A DNA stretch of 63,954 nucleotides, counting the filler, from Octopus bimaculoides (Eukaryota): assembly GCF_001194135.2 (NCBI RefSeq). It is 6 parts of 6 records of this genome, joined end to end, with 100 filler letters (N's around TTAATTAATTAA, not from the genome) between each part and the next. Parts side by side here need not be neighbours in the genome. Positions count along the whole stretch, not along the records: positions 1 to 27,738 come from NC_068993.1; 5 more parts are not named here. One strand, written 5' to 3'. The position numbers and the translations under genes were made by a program. Under the pieces are notes generated by a model. It was not told the origin of the DNA, did not search any database, and saw only the letters and a list, made by a program, of their open reading frames with translations. Positions 12,175 through 24,840 of this stretch are shown here, piece by piece. Each line of letters starts with the position of its first letter. Within the stretch, counting starts at the first letter, position 1.

Positions 12175-12320
12175 TTGAATCCGGTGTTAGTTTGTTTACA
12201 TCCCCTTAACGATTCGGTAAATGTGCCTGTAGAATAAGTACCAAGCTTTAAAAATAAGTACTGGGGACGATTTGTTCCACTTAACCTTTCAAGATGGTGT
12301 CCCAGCATAGTCTCAGTCCA
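12175..12320 (+). mobile_element. Long SINE 3' tail fragment
   Basis: ggtgttagtttgtttacatccc...gtagaataagtacc...ccagcat, homologous to the tail of 6070-6493. Confidence 0.7.
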
Positions 12321-12331
12321 AATATATGTAC

Positions 12332-12364
<33 letters not shown>

Positions 12365-13399
12365 GGGGAGGGAGAGACTGACTGACAGAGACAGAGATAC
12401 AAGTTCTAGACCATGTAAGGGTGGACATACTTGTTGAAGAAAAATATTCAATTCATGCTGTTTAAGTTGGAAAGGTAATCATGTCTAGTCCTTCAATCGA
12501 AGGTAATTTATTTTTCAAGCATTTAATTCTTCCTTTCACGTTCAACCACTGTACCTCATGGGACAAAAACAGCTAATTTTGTTATAGTCTTTTGAACATT
12601 ATTCTTTCTATGTGCTGCTGTTGCTGTAGCTGTCGCTCTTGTTGTCTCCTTGACTTACTTGACAATTCAAGGTATAATAAATAGTCGCAAGATCCAATAT
12701 TTGTCTTTCCTAGACTTACCAGTTTATTAGCATTTAAGGTTTCAGAATGAGTGTTCTTTTAAAAACAAGACCTACAACTTCCCACATTTTCTCTTTTTAT
12801 TAGCTTTAATTTTCGATGTCGGCCATTTCATTTTCTATATCTTGTTTTCATTTTTATACACAAGTTCAGTTATCAATATAAATATCGTTATAACCTCAAT
12901 GTTAACTTACTGTTTCCATATCATAGTCGATCAAGCAAAAGGAAATAATTTTCACACGACCATTTTAGACTTCAAAATCCTAACAACACCAATTACCCAA
13001 CAGTTATTTTAATAAAAAAAATTAAAGAAGCAATGCAATAAAACAATTGATAGTGACTTGTTTTTAATCCAAATTCCTTTAACCCTACTGACAAAATAAT
13101 TAAATTTGGGGCGGGGGGGTCATTTATGGTGGAAGGAGAATATTTTCTTAGAGAGAATCTGAATAAAAGGAGGAGAAAAGGAACACGACAAAAAAAAGGA
13201 AATATGGCAACAAACAATAGTTGATATCAATGGGAACTGGTTGGATTTTTAGTAAGAGTTAAGGGTATAAATTATGAATAGTTAAAGATCTGTGTTTCTA
13301 TGGTAAAGTTAGAACATTAATTATCCCGCAAATGATGTCAGATGAACAATGTGTAATAGAAACAGACTAATGTGGTTCGGGTCAATGCAGCATAATGTT

Positions 13400-14280
13400 G
13401 TGCACAGTGACCGAGAAGTGAGAAGTGGGAGGGATTTTGTACCATTAGTGGAAAGAATATGCCAACATGATGTAAAGGTTATTCAACTACTGCGCCTGTC
13501 TCTTTATGTGGAGTCCAAATAGGATTCTGAAGAAGGTGGGGCGTTGCAGTAGACAAAGTGAATTGTGTTGAGATTTAGGGATAAAGAAATACACCAGTAA
13601 AGCTCTAGGTGAAGCAATTGGAGGTCGCAGCTGGGTTTCAATCCGAAGTTCTAGAGAACCTCAACCTGCAGAGGTGAGATGGTCCCTGTCTTTTGGCCTC
13701 CGGCAAATAGACGTAAAATGGAAAATGCTAGCTGTTCAAGTAGGTGTAATTTTGAAGTTGAACCCTGAGGGTGAAGCGAAGGAAAGTTGGGTTTTCTACA
13801 AAAGTGTATCACAATTAATGCATAGGGAACATTGGGACCAAGTCCATTCATGGCGAAAAGAGAGACTAAATAGTATAAGAGGGAGCTGCTGTCCGCTGGC
13901 GAACTAGAGTTCTGTAAAGAATAGTTTTTGTGTCTACGGAAGTCGCAAAAGCAAACCTTTCAGAGTTGCATGACGACATGAAGAGAAAGGACACAGAAGT
14001 CAGGTGCGGAATTCCTGTTCCAGGAAAGAATAGGTGAAGAGAATAAGTGGAGGGACATTTATGCAATCATACATGGATCTAAAAAAAAAAAATAATAAAA
14101 GCATCCAGATAATTAAAAGATAAGTTGGTGTCACATTTTAACAACATTTTCAGATAAGCAAGGAGAGTCGTTCGTAGCGGCACGAAGTTTGAAAATTCGG
14201 CCAGATCCAGAGCAAGTGTTCGACAGGGGTGAGTTATAGCTTGAGAAATTGAAGCTGTGGTACAGAAGCAGCGCAATGGG
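13400..14280 (-). mobile_element. Heavily degraded LINE reverse transcriptase region (jockey/CR1-like)
   Basis: Minus-strand RTLALDLAEFSNFVP..LLAYL resembles the RT motif ALDISKAFDRV..LLxKL. Downstream YCNAPPSSESYLDS resembles LEYCSxVW..LLDxIQ. Many stops and frameshifts. Confidence 0.4.
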
Positions 14281-14848
14281 GTATAAAGGGCTCACATAGA
14301 CGTTTTCAAGTATTGTTCGTAACTTGAAAACTTGTGACAGAATCTCGAGGTGTTATAACGAGAATAAGTTAAACTAGTAAGTGTATTATAGAAGGGTTGT
14401 ACAAAATGACAATAATGCTTTAAGAAATTGATAATTCTGCTCAGTATCACTTTAATGTTGATGGGAAACACTTGATGAGTGTATTGGTAAGGAGATCGAT
14501 GGGTTTCTCTATAAAGAACTCATTTGGAGAGACAGCTACAGTCCCGCGATTTCCAGCATGCGTCGAGTGTGAACAGATGTTCCGGCAGTCCGCTCAGAGG
14601 TGAAAAATGATTTAGGAAATGGTGATATCATCTTCTTGAGATTCGCAATAGCTACTTGCATTTTACAATAAAGTTCTAAGGTGATGAAAGTGAAGACTTT
14701 GATTCTTTGTGTTGCATAAGTTGTGGATGGATATTCTACCGCACAAGTCGAGAAAAACAGTTTTCACCTGATAAGCCTGGTCGTCGAGCAATTTTACTCA
14801 CCGACGAGTCGATTATGCATGCAACATATGTATATGAATATATATATA

Positions 14849-15285
14849 CAGTGATCACTCGCCATATCACGGCTCACCTATCGCGCCCACTGTACATCGC
14901 AGATTTTTCTGGCTAATATATGTAAATTTATATATCGCAGACTTCTCGGTATATCTCGGGTTTCTGCAGCCTATAGATATTTATATTTTTTTTTAGGTTT
15001 TAACTATTTCTGTGGTAAAATAAGCATTTTCATGCCTAAAAGTTAACAAATTAATAAAAATTAAAATATAGTACAGTACTGCACTGTTTAACACATTAAT
15101 TAGAATATATTAAAAGAAAATGTGAGTGTGTGGTATTATTTTGCATTTACAATAGAATAAATAAATACAAATTATAAAAATAATCAAAACAAATATACAG
15201 TACAGTACTTTTCTACTTCGCGGATTTTCACCTATTGCAGGGTGAGGTTTGGGACTTAACACCTGTGATACGCGAGGGATTACAG
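14849..15285. mobile_element. Tigger/pogo-like MITE (~437 bp)
   Basis: TA-flanked imperfect TIRs CAGTGATCACTCGCCATATCAC and GTGATACGCGAGGGATTACAG. AT-rich non-coding interior. Confidence 0.7.
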
Positions 15286-15490
15286 TAAATAAGTGTGCGT
15301 GTGTGCATGTATGCTTTTTTTTGAGTATTATCTAAGTTCTTCAGGAGAGAGTTCAAACCGGTCGCTAACAAAGCGAGAAAACATCTTGATTTTAGAGAGT
15401 TCCCAGTGTTGGCAAATATCGGGTTCGGTTGGAGCGTTGGTTGAACTGTCGATGCACACACCCAATTGTACGCATCTTTTTGCATGCGGA

Positions 15491-15542
<52 letters not shown>

Positions 15543-17343
15543 GTGTGCGTGTGTGTGCGTGTGTGTGTGTATTAAGCCACTGCAAAGTTACATAAGTGAC
15601 AGAAGAGCTGAGAGTTGCGTGCATCTCACTTATTCATTTACTTATAAGTGTACTCGACCATTGAGTCATTCTCGGCCATTGAGTCATGTAAATTTTCAGT
15701 GTTTTAGTATGTCGTGTGTGTGTGCGCGCGCGCTTTCTGTATGCACATATGTGCACATGTATGTATGCATGTATAAATCAGTGAGGAATCTGGAAAGTCG
15801 AAACTTTACAAAAAGTCTCTTGATATATCTGTTCTGCACTGAGTTCGGCAATACTTTGTAACTCTCACTATCAGAAATGTGAAGAAACCCTAAACTAACC
15901 GTACCATTATTTACATATTGATAGAGAAGATATAAATCATTGGATTTATTATATAAATAAATTATAAGTAAATAAAATAGGAAAAATTATTAATGCAGAA
16001 AACTACATTTAAAACATTTTTTTTAATGCAGCCCAAATAGGAAGCAGCTTATAATTCAGCCAATTTTTTATACCTGAAAGCGCCGTTTTAAAAATATATG
16101 AAGAAAGCATATGCAATTTGAAACATTCAAGGCGATGTTCAATTACTTCATAACGAGCAATTTCATTGGAATTCAAAGCAATTCTCCAAAAGTAAACCCT
16201 TAAAATTTCATGAAGTATCAATATTAACAGCACTTTATGATCATATGTATTGGAACGCTTCTATCGTGAGATGCAATTAGATATGGAAATATTTGCATTT
16301 AAAAATGCTTAAAGATGCATTTATGCTCTAAAGAAGCGCATTTGTATGTTTACTTGTGTCTTTATTGAGTGTTTATATGTGTAAGCAGTGTAAAACTATG
16401 AATGAATCTATGCTTGGTGGTGTACAGTTAATTCGAAGTTTTCCAGTTTTAATATAATATAATTTGATAATATTTACTTCATAATTCTGCTCACACTGTC
16501 AAAGAAAAACATAAATATACTTTCCTATATCATAAAAATACTCCATTAAGCCAAACCGATGTTATGACAACCAATACGCTCCCAATAGATGAACCAAAAA
16601 TATTTAAAAAATTTTAAAAAGGTATCGGAAGGACGATGCATACCTTGCGAGCAGATAGATTTTTTTTCGCAAATTATAGTATGGCTTACAAAGCATTTCT
16701 TATCCATGCTTTTTGATTGAACTGAATTAGTTTTTTTTTTTTTTAAAGTATCACCATTATAGGTATTTATGCTCCGGTGAAATTAAGAAATCAACTCCTA
16801 AGTAAACGAAACCCTCGAATCCATCATTGTACACAAACACACACACACACAGTATGTACGTACGTACGCACACGTGTCTACGCGCATCGGTACACCATGA
16901 TCTATACACACGCAGACGAAGATTGATCCATATGAAAAAGAAAGTGAACAAAACAATATGACATCTTGCTTATCGGGAAATTCAGCCAAATGAGGTGAAA
17001 ATACGTTCAGCCATTTTCCAGTAATTTTGCAAACACACAGAAAAACAGACAAAGACGAGTGATTACAACACCCTGTTTTCGCTTACGCACGCAGAGTAAA
17101 AAAAGAATAGCAGTATTCAACGACCGGCAAATTTTGTAAATAACCATTGTAAATAACCATTACTTTGTTAAATCAAATGAATTTAATACCCTGCTTAAAT
17201 ATAGTGAGGTGACCTCATATCCGATTGTTCTATGTATAAAAAATTGTTCCATGTTAACAGGCATATATATATATATATATATGTATCATGATAGGTCGCT
17301 GACCACTACATTTATATTTTTTTTCCTTGTTTTTATCCTTATT

Positions 17344-17380
17344 TCTTTCTGTTGAAGAGCGTAGCTCGAAACGTTAAAGA
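17344..17380 (+). ncRNA. Minimal type I hammerhead motif (design 2), one core deviation
   Basis: tcttt-CTGTTGA-A-GAGC-gta-GCTC-GAAA-CG-TT-aaaga. Lies in a dispersed repeat at about 17285-17470. Confidence 0.6.
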
Positions 17381-17471
17381 CTTTCTCTATTCTCGAGCGT
17401 TAAACTAATACATCCTTTTGTTGTTTACACCACCTGTCCTCGTCTGTTGTTGTTTTTTCGTAAATACTCCC

Positions 17472-17519
<48 letters not shown>

Positions 17520-17815
17520 NNNNNNNNNNNNNNNNNNNNNNNNNNNNNNNNNNNNNNNNNNNNNNNNNNNNNNNNNNNNNNNNNNNNNNNNNNNNNNNNN
17601 NNNNNNNNNNNNNNNNNNNNNNNNNNNNNNNNNNNNNNNNNNNNNNNNNNNNNNNNNNNNNNNNNNNNNNNNNNNNNNNNNNNNNNNNNNNNNNNNNNNN
17701 NNNNNNNNNNNNNNNNNNNNNNNNNNNNNNNNNNNNNNNNNNNNNNNNNNNNNNNNNNNNNNNNNNNNNNNNNNNNNNNNNNNNNNNNNNNNNNNNNNNN
17801 NNNNNNNNNNNNNNN

Positions 17816-17856
<41 letters not shown>

Positions 17857-18717
17857 AACACTTACGGAGTGGATTATAGGAAATCCAGGCTACATATGCT
17901 TCATAGCGAGCGGAACCTCAAAAGTGGTAAAATCCAGGTGAAGTATATACCGCTGGCTACTCTTCAGGCCAAGGATATCTTGATTAGGTTAAAGGTTACA
18001 TTGTCGCAAGGAGGTACATGTTGACGCAAAGATTCAATCAGAACGTGTGGAGGGCACAGTATATGAGGGGTGTATAAATGAGGTGAGAAATAATAGAAGA
18101 AGAGAAAGAAAAATAAATAAAATCAAATAAAATATAGGGAAGTGAGAGAGAGGGGACTTGGATGGGTCCGTGGTAGATTTTAGCTTAATCACGAATTCTA
18201 TAGTGGGATTGGCATTTGAAGAGAAGAGAAATTGGAGGAGAGAAAGTGTTGAAATACTTGAAAGTATGTATGAATAAAGCAAAGTAGGGTGGAGAGTTTG
18301 AGCACGGTTAGTGATGTTATGGTCAAAAGAAAGAAGTAGTAAAGGTGTATGTAGGTGTATGTATTTGTATGCTTACGGGTGGAGGGGTAGGAGAGGGAGG
18401 GAGTAGAAATATAAGGAGGGAAGAATATTTTAGGTAGTAAGTAAAAATACGGATAGAAAATTGTAATTGACGATTAAGGGGTTCAAAGAGGAGAACAATG
18501 TTGTTGGTTTAATACACAGTGGTAGTGAGGGTAGATGAGCGGGAAAAGAATATATGAGAGTTATGGGCAGACAAGAGCGGGATGGAGTTGTAATTATTTG
18601 TATTTCGAGAATAGATTTAGTGCCCGATGTTTGCAGGTGAATATTATACGGCTGCGTTTATTGAGACAGTCCGTGGATTGCTAAATAGCCACGAGCGATC
18701 TCACTTATCATTATATA

Positions 18718-18755
<38 letters not shown>

Positions 18756-18950
18756 GGGGTAGTTCGGTTTTTAGAGAGAGAGAGAAGCGTATGCACACAT
18801 GCACACACACACGCACACAACATATAAAAGATTATATATTATATTTTATTATACGTGCGCGCACACACATAATGTGTGTGTAACGGAAGATCTGCAGTTT
18901 CGGTATGTTAATAAGAAGAATGTTAATATCATCTTGCCAGTGGTTTTCAG

Positions 18951-19024
18951 AAAATTCTCTCCTCCGGATATGTTTAACGAAGACAAGACAACGAGGAAGA
19001 CAGAGGCACCAACAACAAATATAC
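18951..19024 (+). CDS. LDL-A membrane protein exon 3 (Thr-rich linker)
   Basis: ggttttcag|A AAA TTC...ATA C|gtaaat. Phase 2-1, encodes KFSPPDMFNEDKTTRKTEAPTTNI and bridges the phases of exons 2 and 4. Confidence 0.55.
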
Positions 19025-20344
19025 GTAAATATACGAAAACATACGACACATACTGTGGTTTAATATAAACGGCATTTGAGGGATGTCTCTATATCTATGA
19101 GTAATTTGCATGTGTGTATACTTACGCTTAGATACGTGCACACTTGTATACGCATACAAGCACACACAAACACATATATGTGTATGCATATGCACACACT
19201 AACAAACACATAGATATACACACACAAACACACACCCACACTACACGCACTCATAAATATGTGTATATGTGTGTGCATGTGTATGTCTGTTTGTGCTTCC
19301 AAACGTAAAACTTCATTACTGTTTGAGTTTCAATTCATTAACAATTATTTTCGACTCATTACATTAAGTACATTTTGATGCAGAAGACATTCTTGCTTAA
19401 TTTCTCGATGTCACTATTTCTATTTGCCTGATCAGTGAATTATTTTCGCAACAAAAGTTATGTATTTCGGTTGTTCTGAGGCTTTGGTAGCTGTGAGTGG
19501 TCTGTGCGTAAGTGATTTACAAAGAACACATGTTCAGCGCTCTCACCATAGCTCCCAAGTAACAGATTCATTCCATTCCACCATCCCTGCATATCTCTAA
19601 TTAATTTTTGATAATATTAATTCTTTATTTCTGCTCAGACCAAATAATACATAAACATGAAATAAATAATGCATAAAAATATTTTAATGCTATCATAGTG
19701 TAACATTTTACACTATGAATCACACTACGTTGTTACGGTTTATCCCTACCAACAAGATGAATTCAAAAATTTATAAAAGACTTGAAAAATCAAAAGAAGC
19801 CGATGGCATACGAAACTTCGAAGTTTCTGCCACCAGTTTCCTTGCAAAATTAAATGTGACAGCCTACCTAATTATATTAAGTGTTCATGCAATCAAGCAT
19901 ATATTATTTTAAGCAGAAGCCACACTTCACAAATGTTCTATTGTGATTATTTTCATTTACGTAATCTGTCGTTCCGAGGCCTTGATAGCTCTGAGCTATA
20001 CTTCCCTAAGGATGTATAACAAGATCAAAATATGATCAGCGCTGATACTATAGCTCCGGCTCATTCCATTTCTATCCTTGCATATCTATATTTGACTTTT
20101 GTAAACTGAAATTTAGGCAAGTTTTCACATTTCTCCTTTTGTAACTTTTCTCTAATGGTAATGACTTTTCTTCTAATCGCGGTTCCTATTTAATAAAAAC
20201 TTATTTTCACATTATCCTGTTCACTATTTTATTACGTATTTAGCTATGTATTGCTCTTCATGGGGCACACCATTAGAAAATTTTCCACCACCACTGCACA
20301 AATACAGACACACAAACTTATGTGTGCGGATACATACCTTTGAT

Positions 20345-20530
20345 CTTGTTTCAATCATATGAATTTTAGTCGAACGAATCGCCCCAGTACTTATTTTTTC
20401 TTCTAAGCTTGGTACTTACTGTATCGGTTTCTTTAGCCGAAACGTTAAGTTACGGGGATATATATATATATATATATACATCAACAGCGGTTGTCAAGCT
20501 GACGGGGACAAACACAAACACAAAGCCACG
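20345..20530 (-). mobile_element. Long SINE tail fragment
   Basis: ttgtttcaatcat...agtcgaacgaatcg.cccagtactt...ggttgtcaagc matches the tail of 6070-6493. Confidence 0.75.
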
Positions 20531-20557
20531 CTCACGCGCACACAAACATACAAACAC

Positions 20558-20588
<31 letters not shown>

Positions 20589-20689
20589 TGACAGAAGGAA
20601 ATAGATACTCTTATATCCATTAAAATTTATATAAATCTGAAATTATACATTCAAATTATTCATGAATTGTTATAATGTGAATATTTAAT

Positions 20690-22012
20690 ATTAAGTAGAC
20701 ATGCCCTCTGCATTTTTCAATACAAAGACCCTGTTAGGCATGTTACTGATCAGTTGACGAATATTCTCTTGCGGAATTTTTTGCCAAGTTTCATGCAGTA
20801 ATCTCAAAAGATCTGGCTTTGAAGATGCTTTCTTGTTCTTTTTATGAAGTGTCCTGTTCATTATGTCCCAGAGTTGTTCAATAGTTATCATATTTGGTGA
20901 CTGTCTTTGTCACGGAAGCTTTTTAAGCCATTCTTATCCAACAAAACTTGGGTCATTTAAGCCGTGTGACAAGGAGCCCCATCTTCTATAAATATAAAGT
21001 CTTCTTTAATCATTTCACCACTGGAGAAGATTGGAAGGAGTCCTTTCTGCAATATGGACACATTTATCTGAGTTTATGTTTCCCTCACACTCCACCAGCT
21101 CTGATCAACCATTGCTCCAAATTGCTCCCCAGGCCATCACAGAATAGCTGCCGTGTTTCATTGTTGGTTGCAATCTTTTCACATCAAATTCTTGATAACA
21201 GAGTCTCCAGACGCACACTCGACCACTGTCAAAAAATAAAGCAAATCTGAACTCATCAGANNNNNNNNNNNNNNNNNNNNNNNNNNNNNNNNNNNNNNNN
21301 NNNNNNNNNNNNNNNNNNNNNNNNNNNNNNNNNNNNNNNNNNNNNNNNNNNNNNNNNNNNNNNNNNNNNNNNNNNNNNNNNNNNNNNNNNNNNNNNNNNN
21401 NNNNNNNNNNNNNNNNNNNNNNNNNNNNNNNNNNNNNNNNNNNNNNNNNNNNNNNNNNNNNNNNNNNNNNNNNNNNNNNNNNNNNNNNNNNNNNNNNNNN
21501 NNNNNNNNNNNNNNNNNNNNNNNNNNNNNNNNNNNNNNNNNNNNNNNNNNNNNNNNNNNNNNNNNNNNNNNNNNNNNNNNNNNNNNNNNNNNNNNNNNNN
21601 NNNNNNNNNNNNNNNNNNNNNNNNNNNNNNNNNNNNNNNNNNNNNNNNNNNNNNNNNNNNNNNNNNNNNNNNNNNNNNNNNNNNNNNNNNNNNNNNNNNN
21701 NNNNNNNNNNNNNNNNNNNNNNNNNNNNNNNNNNNNNNNNNNNNNNNNNNNNNNNNNNNNNNNNNNNNNNNNNNNNNNNNNNNNNNNNNNNNNNNNNNNN
21801 NNNNNNNNNNNNNNNNNNNNNNNNNNNNNNNNNNNNNNNNNNNNNNNNNNNNNNNNNNNNNNNNNNNNNNNNNNNNNNNNNNNNNNNNNNNNNNNNNNNN
21901 NNNNNNNNNNNNNNNNNNNNNNNNNNNNNNNNNNNNNNNNNNNNNNNNNNNNAGGGAAAATATATATCCAATATACTGCTGGGAGGGTACCCAATTATTG
22001 TTACACTAGCGT
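20690..22012 (-). mobile_element. Tc1/mariner transposon remnant spanning an assembly gap
   Basis: Minus-strand SDEFRF..SGRVCVWR...TMKHGSYSVMAWGAI, FIEDGAPCHT and QSPNMITIEQLWD match the Tc1 DDE motifs. TIR-like end gggtacccaattattgttacactag at 21985-22009. Confidence 0.85.
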
Positions 22013-22260
22013 TATACCAAGTGCAATAAGTGGGTGCGGGTAAAAGGGTTTTTTTTTCCCTAAATTAATATAGCAATAAGAAAATGGAGGGGAATATGAG
22101 GTACTCATCAACTTGAAGACACTGTATTCCGTTGATTAATCTGTTTCTTTTATAACCCAAATGACAAAAAAGACAATATATAGACACTTATGACATACCA
22201 TGTCATATCAACAATTAAGATTTCAAATTTAATGGACATCTAGCAATTGGAGTAGGGACA

Positions 22261-22396
22261 AAATCTTACAGCTGTTTCGGCATAGTGTTGGCATGCCCCA
22301 TTCTATCTATATAACTCCAGTACGCTGGAGTAATTAGTAGATAAAAATGATGTGATGAGGGTACATGCATGATTCACTAGGCCTCTTCAGAGATTT
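22261..22396 (-). ncRNA. Type I hammerhead ribozyme with 105-nt extended helix II (design 4)
   Basis: aaatct-CUGAAGA-GGC...GCC-GAAA-CAGCUG-UA-agattt: intact core, 6-bp helix I, palindromic ACAGCUGU, GUA triplet. Confidence 0.75.
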
Positions 22397-22783
22397 ACAA
22401 AATTCAATTCATGAATTTTGCAAAATTTACATACAAATATAAAATAAAAATAAAAAAATAAAAATATAAAAAATATGCCTTATATTTTTATATTCTTATT
22501 TTTTATATTTGGAAGGAGGGAAGGAAACAGAAATAAAAAGCGGCACCTGCCCCAAAAGTCCTCGAACGTCTCCTCCCTGTTGAGGATTACACGTTGTTGA
22601 TCTCGCATTTTGATTTTTCATTTTTATTTATTTATATATTTATTTATTTTTAATTACATTAGTCTTATTTACACGCAAAACCCTCACAACTACACACACT
22701 CACGCACATACACACTTTATTTTTGTTTTGTCTTGTGCTGTCCATAATGTTTTTCTTCATACAAACCCATGTGGTTTATAAAG

Positions 22784-22785
<2 letters not shown>

Positions 22786-22835
<50 letters not shown>

Positions 22836-22850
22836 TATTATTATTATTTA
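22786..22850. repeat. (CAT)n/(TAT)n microsatellite
   Basis: Direct reading. Confidence 0.9.
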
Positions 22851-23534
22851 AAACAGTTTCATTCGGCTCCATGTGACTTAAACTTTCGCAAGTTTCTTAA
22901 GGAAAGCTAGCTCATTCAGGCTGGTAAACTAAACTTGAATGAGCTAAGATTTTGTAACTCCTAATATGTTGAGTGCTTATATATGTACACACACACACAT
23001 ACATATATATATGTATACATACATACATACATACATACACACATACATAATAAATATATATATATATATATAGTGTGTGTATGTGTGTGTGTGTGTATAT
23101 GTGCGCGCGCGTGTGTGTGTGTGTGTGTTTGTGTGGCAAAGCTGGCTGTTTGATTTGCAGATATAATACATCTAACGGGCTTCCGCATATTTTCCGGCTA
23201 CCAAATTTCACATGCACGGTTGTGATAGATGACGTCCGGACAAGATGCCGTAGACTGCAATTCAGTCTTGGATACTGTGATTTCAAATAAATCTTTTAGC
23301 CGCTCGGCCTTACATATGCCAAGTACGATGGGGTGCTGGAAACTTCTTTGCTTTAAGGGTATCTCGAAAGGCCTGTTTGGTAGCCCAAACTTCCAAGTTC
23401 TTTTACAGGGCTTAGAAAAACTGAAGGACCGTTGCATTTAGTATGTGAATCTGAGAGGTGAACATGTTGAATAAAATCATAATTAAATGATCTTCTTGTA
23501 TTTTCTACATTCTCTCGTGCATATACGTGTGTGC

Positions 23535-23804
23535 TATTTCTTCACTACCCACAAGGGACTACACACAGAGGGGACAAACAAGGACAGACAAACGGATCAA
23601 GTCGATTATATTGACTCCAGTGCGTAACTGGTACTTATTTAATCGAGGCAAAGTGGACCTCGGCNNNNNNNNNNTGCGTAACTGGTACTTATTTAATCGA
23701 GGCAAAGTGGACCTCGGCGGAATTTGAACTCAGAACGTAGCGGCAGACGAAATACTGCTAAGCATTTCGCCCGGCGTGCTAACGTTTCTCCCAGCTCGCC
23801 GCCT
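23535..23804 (-). mobile_element. SINE family A (alpha tail), with an assembly overlap at the 10-N gap
   Basis: Nearly identical to 52235-52467 and to the reverse complement of 31881-32105. Confidence 0.9.
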
Positions 23805-24559
23805 GTGCATATACGTGTGTGCTGCTCTGTGACTGCGTGTGTATGTGTACGCACGCGCGTGTGTGTGCACGTGCATGCCGTTGTGCGTACGTGGGGATGT
23901 GCGCGTGCATACATGAATGTATGTGTGTGTATGTATGTGCGCGTGCGTGTACATGTTTTGTGTTTGTTTTAAAAACTTCTTCGACTACAGACAGATTATT
24001 TTGCGAATGTAATTGTCATTCGGATTAAAAATAATAACGGCAATTTTCTGCGGGGGTGGAGAATTCTCAAGCTCTAAAACGAAATAGATATTAAAATTGT
24101 GTTGGATTGTTTTCTTTTGTTTCAAATTTATCTTAGAATCCACATTTTCTGGAACTTTCCAGATTATGAATAAGAATTTCTAAAACACACACAAAAAAAT
24201 TATCTTTTTTATATATTAGCAATTTCACTCAATCTTTACAACAGTATTTAACACAGAAATAAAGATAAATAGATAAATCATTGCTGCTACAAAGAGAATG
24301 GTTCTGTTGCGCAGTTGAGGAAGAGTGGGGTGGGGTGTGCGCGCATGACTTCATGAGAGAGACTGTGAAAGGGAGGAAGATAGAGAGAGTAAGGGAGAAA
24401 ATGCATCTGTGTGTATGTGTGGGCGCGAAAACCATAATTTTCTTCTTGTCTTATATATTTTTTTTTTTATTATTCTGGGATGGGGAACAGTCGTTTGAAG
24501 TAACATGAAACATTACAGCCAGACAGACACGAAGACAGAACGTGAAATAGATGCATAGT

Positions 24560-24684
24560 TGGTGGATGGATGGATGGATGGATGGATGGATGGATGGATA
24601 TATCAAGAGACAGGAGCATACACGCGTATACGTGTGTGTGCCTATATTTATATGTACATGCGTGTGTATATGTGTGTGTGTAGG

Positions 24685-24728
<44 letters not shown>

Positions 24729-24781
24729 CAGACATATGTAAATGCACGATCCCATTACTTATGTCATAGACGTATAAGAGA

Positions 24782-24817
<36 letters not shown>

Positions 24818-24840
24818 TGATAGATAGATAGATAGATAAC
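24560..24840. repeat. (GGAT)n, (GATA)n and (AT)n microsatellites
   Basis: Direct reading. Confidence 0.9.

Noticed and set aside
18060-18620. Purine-rich stretch with minus-strand NANPTIEF, resembling PLE RT NxxHPxIKF
   Set aside because: Spacing to a YxDD-like motif is wrong and the other motifs are unrecognisable.
22530-22612. Minus-strand ILNREETFEDFW upstream of the long-helix hammerhead, like a PLE endonuclease C-terminus
   Set aside because: A short, ambiguous match with no further domain evidence.
23621-23718. 44-bp direct repeat around a 10-N gap (likewise ~51 bp at 35587-35698)
   Set aside because: Overlapping contig ends joined by a nominal gap. An assembly artefact.
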